Shown here piece by piece: positions 59,386-64,000 of a stretch of DNA of 64,000 nt. The position numbers and the translations under genes were made by a program. The notes beneath the pieces were generated by a model that had not been told where the DNA came from, searched no databases, and was given only the letters and a program-made list of their open reading frames with translations. Source of the stretch: a virus. The DNA is taken from positions 1 through 64,000 of the IMG/VR virus record IMGVR_UViG_3300019776_000194, one strand, 5' to 3'. Positions within the stretch are counted from its first letter, which is position 1, and each line of letters begins with the position of its first letter.

Positions 59386-59694
59386 ATGCAAGAAAAAACA
59401 ATCACAGGAATGAACTTTGTACGCTTCATGCACGAAGTAGTATCAGCAGTAGAATCTGGCTATACACTCACACTGGAACCTCAACACGCTCCTGTAGGAT
59501 ACCCAAATTACAGTGTTACACTCGTACAATTGCAAGAGGATGAAAGCCTGTCAGTACAAGAGAAAGCAATTCTACAGGAGGTGGTAAATGAAACTAAAGA
59601 GGAAGTTCCTGCTAAAGAAGTTCCAAATACTACTAAAGAATCTCCTGTCGAAGAAGCTCCGAAGAAACAGCAAGGACGACCTGCAAGGAAATAA
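59386..59694 (+). CDS. hypothetical protein with basic GRP tail
   Basis: AAAGGAAA RBS; ends KKQQGRPARK. Confidence 0.65.
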   Translation: MQEKTITGMNFVRFMHEVVSAVESGYTLTLEPQHAPVGYPNYSVTLVQLQEDESLSVQEKAILQEVVNETKEEVPAKEVPNTTKESPVEEAPKKQQGRPARK

Positions 59695-59695
59695 A

Positions 59696-59860
59696 ATGAA
59701 ACGTGTAACGTATCGTCTTGATAACGATGTCTATGACGTTGTAGAAACTACATCAGAATGGCTACTTATCGAATACACAGACGATGATTTTAATACAACT
59801 CTGAAACTAGAGTCTCACAAATATAGAAAGGAAGATGACGATGGGGGCGACAGCCGTTAA
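59696..59860 (+). CDS. hypothetical protein
   Basis: AAGGAAA RBS before ATG 59696. Confidence 0.55.
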   Translation: MKRVTYRLDNDVYDVVETTSEWLLIEYTDDDFNTTLKLESHKYRKEDDDGGDSR

Positions 59861-60092
59861 TGAAATCACTGGTAAGATTATTAAAAGTGGTGTAGACAAT
59901 TACAAAGACTATTGTGCTAATTTTGATTTGATTGGCAGTGGTGTACAGTATAAGCAACCTGAGACATTGTTTCCAGTAACTGTGCGAATTCCTAAAGATG
60001 TGTATAAAGCTTTCACAGAATTAGCAATTGAAACTGGAACAACTTTAGAGAAGTTGTTAGAGAAACAAGTTCTTAGTAATTTTAATAAATAG
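59835..60092 (+). CDS. putative ribbon-helix-helix DNA-binding protein
   Basis: C-terminal VTVRIPKDVYKAFTELAIETGTTLEKLL. Confidence 0.55.
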   Translation: MTMGATAVNEITGKIIKSGVDNYKDYCANFDLIGSGVQYKQPETLFPVTVRIPKDVYKAFTELAIETGTTLEKLLEKQVLSNFNK

Positions 60093-60160
60093 TATTTTGT
60101 AGTAATAGCCAAGTATGCATCAAGTGCTTGGCAGTTTAACTTTAATGTGGAGGTATCTAC

Positions 60161-60901
60161 ATGGCTCGCGTAATTAGCAAAAAAACTAAAAAATCCCCTG
60201 AAACTGCACCTGTAATCAAAGAGAAATTCTTGGAACAGCGTAAACTTGAAATTGAAAGTAAACCAATTGTTCCGATGAACGAACGGCAAGCCGAATACTT
60301 CAAAGCTATCAAAGACTATGATTTGATTGTTGCAACAGGTTTCGCAGGTTCCTCGAAGACATTTATTGCAACTTGTATGGCTGCAGACGCATGGCGAACA
60401 GGGGTTTGTAATAAGATTGTACTTACTAGACCCTCTGTGTCAGACTCTAAGAGTCTTGGTTATTTTGGTGGTGATAAGGACATGAAAGTGAAGAACTGGA
60501 TTATGCCAATGTTATCTGTGTTGTATCAACGCATGGGTAAAGATGTAGTTGATGAAGCAATTGCAGATGGTAATATTCAACTACAGCCTTTAGAGACAAT
60601 CAAAGGGATGAGTTATGGAAGAGGTACATGGGTTATAGCGGATGAAGTCCAAGACTGCAAGATTTCTGAAATTAAGTCTATTATCACTCGTGGTGGTGGT
60701 TGCAAGATGATTTTATGTGGAGATGTTGCACAATCTGCTTTAAACAGTGATAGCGGGCTTGCCATTTTTTCAAGAATTATTGAAAAGAATCCTCGCTTAA
60801 AAGAGTCTGTGGCACGTATTGACTTTGACTCTTACGAGCATATTGTACGCAGTAAGACATGTAAAGATTTGATTATTGCATTTGATAAATCAGGGTACTA
60901 A
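60161..60901 (+). CDS. phoH: PhoH-family ATPase
   Basis: GFAGSSKT, LTRP, LGYFGG, DEVQD, GDVAQS, IVRS motifs. Confidence 0.9.
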   Translation: MARVISKKTKKSPETAPVIKEKFLEQRKLEIESKPIVPMNERQAEYFKAIKDYDLIVATGFAGSSKTFIATCMAADAWRTGVCNKIVLTRPSVSDSKSLGYFGGDKDMKVKNWIMPMLSVLYQRMGKDVVDEAIADGNIQLQPLETIKGMSYGRGTWVIADEVQDCKISEIKSIITRGGGCKMILCGDVAQSALNSDSGLAIFSRIIEKNPRLKESVARIDFDSYEHIVRSKTCKDLIIAFDKSGY

Positions 60902-60902
60902 C

Positions 60903-61700
60903 ATGAAGATGTCCTCCGCACAACAGAAATCTATCAAAACAAAAGCTACCTTTCTTGGAAAAACTTTTAAAAGTAAAGACTGTGGGGATTTTACAGTATT
61001 AGACTATTTAAATTCTAAACAGGTACTCATACAATTTAATAAAACAAAGTCTCAAAAATGGTGTGAATTGAAAGCAGTCAGAAGTGGCGGTGTTAAAGAC
61101 CCTAATTTCCCATCTATATACGGAGTTGGATTTATAGGAGAGGGTGAATTCTCTTCTAGATTTGTGGGCGGTGCAAATACACCGTGTTATGACTCATGGA
61201 GAGGGATGCTCAGACGTTGCTACTCTGAAGAAAGTCTTATTAAAAGTCCTACTTATGCAGGATGCTCTGTGGCAGAAGAATGGCACAACTTTCAAAACTT
61301 TGCTGCATGGTATTATGAAAACTTAAAAGGTGTATCTGGAAAAGTTCACCTAGATAAAGACATTCTCAAGAAAGGGAACAAGATTTACTGCAAAGAAAAT
61401 TGCTGCCTTGTTAACGTCCAAATCAATTCATTATTTACTGGAGCTAGTATAGTAAATAGGGGTAAGTACCCACTAGGGGTGTTTCTAAGGAAAAGAAATG
61501 GAATGTTTGTTGCGCAAGTAACTAAAGGAAATGGTGCGCAGGAATTTTTAGGTGAGTATAATACACCTGAACAAGCTTTTTATGTCTATAAAAAGCACAA
61601 AGAAGATTTTGTAAAGCAAGTCGCAAACAAGTACAAAGACAGTATTAGAGAAGATGTTTATTTAGCTCTAATGAACTACACTGTCTCAATCGAAGATTAA
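60903..61700 (+). CDS. HNH-type homing endonuclease
   Basis: YGVG, WRGMLRRCY, YAGCSVAEEWHNFQNF, LDKDIL, FLGEY; paralog of the 20359 ORF. Confidence 0.8.
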   Translation: MKMSSAQQKSIKTKATFLGKTFKSKDCGDFTVLDYLNSKQVLIQFNKTKSQKWCELKAVRSGGVKDPNFPSIYGVGFIGEGEFSSRFVGGANTPCYDSWRGMLRRCYSEESLIKSPTYAGCSVAEEWHNFQNFAAWYYENLKGVSGKVHLDKDILKKGNKIYCKENCCLVNVQINSLFTGASIVNRGKYPLGVFLRKRNGMFVAQVTKGNGAQEFLGEYNTPEQAFYVYKKHKEDFVKQVANKYKDSIREDVYLALMNYTVSIED

Positions 61701-61709
61701 GGAGAACCC

Positions 61710-62483
61710 ATGAAAGAAAAATTCAACAAACAATTAGCTAAGAACCCATTCTTTGACGATAACAAAGTCCCTGTTAGCTATTCTCCAAGCAAATGTGGGC
61801 GTTTCACTGTAGACATCTATGACTATATCGAATCTCCTTCACAGTTCTCCGACATGATAGATGCCCTAGGTATGATGGAGCAAGATGATGAAATGGTAGT
61901 TAATTTACAATCAGGTGGAGGTTGTCTTAACACTACTGATACACTTCTACATGCTCTACGTAAGACAAAGGGACAAGTTCACTTTATTGCTACAGGATTC
62001 AATGCCTCTGCTGCAACAATTCTCTTGCTGGACGCACCATCCTTTGAACTCAGTGAAGACTTCACAGCTCTGATACACTGTGGGTCGCTTGGAGACGCTG
62101 GCAACTTAAATGAGATGCGCCAGAGTGCAGCTTTCCACATCTCACGTATGGAGAAATTGTTACGTAATACTTACGCTGGATTTATGTCTGAGAAAGAAAT
62201 TGAAGACATGCTGAATGGCAAGGATTTGTTACTTGATAGTGAACAGTGGTGTGAACGACACGAACAGCGCAACAAGTGGATGCAAGAGCAAGTAGAGAAG
62301 TTCGAGAAGGCTGCTCAGAAGGCGTTAAAAGCCCCTAAGAAACCACGTAAGAAGAAAGTTGATAGTGAGGTAGCCAAAACTGATACGAAGGCTTCTGAGA
62401 GCTTTAAAGGCTTGGAAACAGGCTTTGATATGCCAGAAGAAGAGTTGATGTTTTTGGAGAAAGCTGTAAATACTAAGAAGTAA
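61710..62483 (+). CDS. ClpP-like protease
   Basis: SGGG, ASAA (catalytic Ser), LIH, D pattern. Confidence 0.75.
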   Translation: MKEKFNKQLAKNPFFDDNKVPVSYSPSKCGRFTVDIYDYIESPSQFSDMIDALGMMEQDDEMVVNLQSGGGCLNTTDTLLHALRKTKGQVHFIATGFNASAATILLLDAPSFELSEDFTALIHCGSLGDAGNLNEMRQSAAFHISRMEKLLRNTYAGFMSEKEIEDMLNGKDLLLDSEQWCERHEQRNKWMQEQVEKFEKAAQKALKAPKKPRKKKVDSEVAKTDTKASESFKGLETGFDMPEEELMFLEKAVNTKK

Positions 62484-62487
62484 TTTA

Positions 62488-62523
62488 GAAGCCTGCTACT
62501 TAACTGTAGCGGGCTTTTATTTT
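62488..62523 (+). terminator. Rho-independent terminator
   Basis: AAGCCTGCTAC/GTAGCGGGCTT stem followed by a T-run. Confidence 0.8.
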
Positions 62524-62536
62524 ATGGAGAATTATG

Positions 62537-62565
62537 TTGACAAGGATAATTGAGTTGTGTAATAT
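62537..62565 (+). promoter_or_regulatory. sigma70-like promoter
   Basis: TTGACA-17-TAATAT. Confidence 0.6.
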
Positions 62566-62604
62566 ACGTGCTGTCGCTGTGACAAACAGTTTAAAGGGGG
62601 AAAT

Positions 62605-62802
62605 ATGATTTGGATTGTCTTATACTTAGTGTCTAGCTTAATAACATTAATTCTAATTATAAAAGAGGAATATGATAGAGGTATTGATTTGAAATTAGGT
62701 TGGTTACTGCTGTTTATTATAGTCTGCCTTGTTCCAATTGTAAATTTAGCTTGGTTGAGTAGTGTCAGAGAAATAACTATTTTGAAAGGAAAGAAACAAT
62801 GA
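62605..62802 (+). CDS. small two-TM membrane protein
   Basis: Two hydrophobic segments, PIVN motif. Confidence 0.6.
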   Translation: MIWIVLYLVSSLITLILIIKEEYDRGIDLKLGWLLLFIIVCLVPIVNLAWLSSVREITILKGKKQ

Positions 62803-62956
62803 ACGTGTATTACTATTACAGGAAACAAGACGGAACACTAGGTAAATTACTGGATGAATCTCCAGAGGCTATCGAGAATATTGATGATACATTAGCATTT
62901 GCTAAAGAGGAGTGGAAGTCTACTCGTGTGTTGGCTGTTATTGAAGGGGGTAAAGA

Positions 62957-63253
62957 GTGAGTAAAACATTACAGGAGCGTGCTATAAATAAACTTAACTC
63001 TATGACTTCAGATGAATTAGTAGAATCAATGAGAAAGCACGGATTTAAATTTGAAGGAGATGAAATGACTCGAAAACTAGCGACTGTCAGAGATTTACAC
63101 AAACTCTGTACCTCGTTAATTGAAGATGGATTTATAGAGGCTGAATTATCATTTAATGATGAATATGGAATAGACTTAGGAGATTTTGGTTACATAGACT
63201 ATGAAGTATTCAAATCTGTAAATGGTAAGACATATATTGATATTCAACCTTAA
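62957..63253 (+). CDS. hypothetical protein
   Basis: ORF with G-rich RBS, GTG start. Confidence 0.6.
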   Translation: MSKTLQERAINKLNSMTSDELVESMRKHGFKFEGDEMTRKLATVRDLHKLCTSLIEDGFIEAELSFNDEYGIDLGDFGYIDYEVFKSVNGKTYIDIQP

Positions 63254-63262
63254 GGAGAGCGT

Positions 63263-63565
63263 ATGAGTTACAAGCACGTAAAACTATTAACAGAAGCTGT
63301 GAAGCTTCCTCGTACAAAAGCTAATAACGACCAGCTCTGCACAAAGATTGAAGAGATCATTGCTTCTGTGCAATACACTACTAAAGAATACACATATACA
63401 CAAGGACGACAGCTCAAGAATATGATATGCTTGTGGATTACTGATAATATGACGACAGTAGGTATGACTTTTGAAGCTACTAAGCAATTTAAACAAGGCA
63501 CGACTCGCGTTAAGTGGGTTGAGAGTGTACTAAAACCGTTAGCATTACAATTGGAGGATTTATGA
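63263..63565 (+). CDS. hypothetical protein
   Basis: AAGGAG RBS. Confidence 0.65.
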   Translation: MSYKHVKLLTEAVKLPRTKANNDQLCTKIEEIIASVQYTTKEYTYTQGRQLKNMICLWITDNMTTVGMTFEATKQFKQGTTRVKWVESVLKPLALQLEDL

Positions 63566-63990
63566 TTAAAGAGTTTCAAGGGGAGTTCCGCTGGTTGAGT
63601 AACTTCACACAAGTTGCTATTGAGCTAGACGGTAGAATGTTTCATTCTGTAGAACATGCCTATATGTCTGCTAAAAGTGATGATGAAGAGTGGAAAGACT
63701 TTTGTGAGAATACTTTCTCAGCAGGGCAAGTGAAGAAAGCCAGTAGAAGCATTACTTTGGTAGATAATTGGGAAGATATTAAAGTAGATATCATGCGGGA
63801 ATGTATAAATCAAAAGTTTAACCAGCCATTCTTTAAAGCCAAACTACTAGCAACTGGAGATACCATCATTCAGGAAGGTAACATGTGGAATGATAAATTC
63901 TGGGGAGTTTGCCTTAAAACAGGTAAAGGACAGAATATCTTAGGAAAGCTCATAATGGAGAAACGAGAGTCTTTGAAAGGTAATAAATGA
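63562..63990 (+). CDS. NADAR (YbiA-like) family protein
   Basis: LSNF, SVEHAYMSAK, W...K..IM, KFxQ, LLATG, DKFWG, GQNxLGKLIM motifs. Confidence 0.9.
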   Translation: MIKEFQGEFRWLSNFTQVAIELDGRMFHSVEHAYMSAKSDDEEWKDFCENTFSAGQVKKASRSITLVDNWEDIKVDIMRECINQKFNQPFFKAKLLATGDTIIQEGNMWNDKFWGVCLKTGKGQNILGKLIMEKRESLKGNK

Positions 63991-64000
63991 AACCAGAATC

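Noticed and set aside
1-64000. CRISPR array, integrase/att site, reverse transcriptase/DGR, stop-codon recoding
   Set aside because: No spaced direct repeats, recombinase or RT motifs seen; genes are intact in the standard code

Overview
The window is about 64 kb of an AT-rich, apparently lytic tailed dsDNA phage genome. No integrase, repressor or RNA polymerase is seen. There are two arms. The + strand (1-27112 and 59076-64000) carries many small ORFs plus ThyX, ATP-dependent ligase, T7-gp4-like primase-helicase, family A DNA polymerase, SSB, exonuclease, class II RNR with glutaredoxin, PhoH, a ClpP-like protein, Acb2 (anti-CBASS) and NADAR. The - strand (58911-27169) carries the siphovirus-type morphogenesis and lysis arm: terminase, portal, S49 protease, capsid, tail tube, frameshifted chaperone, 1826-aa tape measure, fibres, holin and endolysin. 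Hand reading adds features absent from the ORF track. (1) A 232-nt ORF-less group I intron splits the terminase large subunit inside its Walker A motif. (2) A tRNA(CAU) lies upstream of terL. (3) A structured RNA between the tRNA and terL displays three unpaired UUCUCCU segments on the late strand. These are complementary to the AGGAGAA ribosome-binding site used by more than 20 + strand genes but by none of the - strand structural genes I checked, many of which use AGGAA. Both arms use near-consensus sigma70 promoters, so this anti-Shine-Dalgarno RNA is my best candidate for an undescribed translational early-to-late switch. That is a hypothesis and is untested. Protein calls come from recalled motifs, not database searches.
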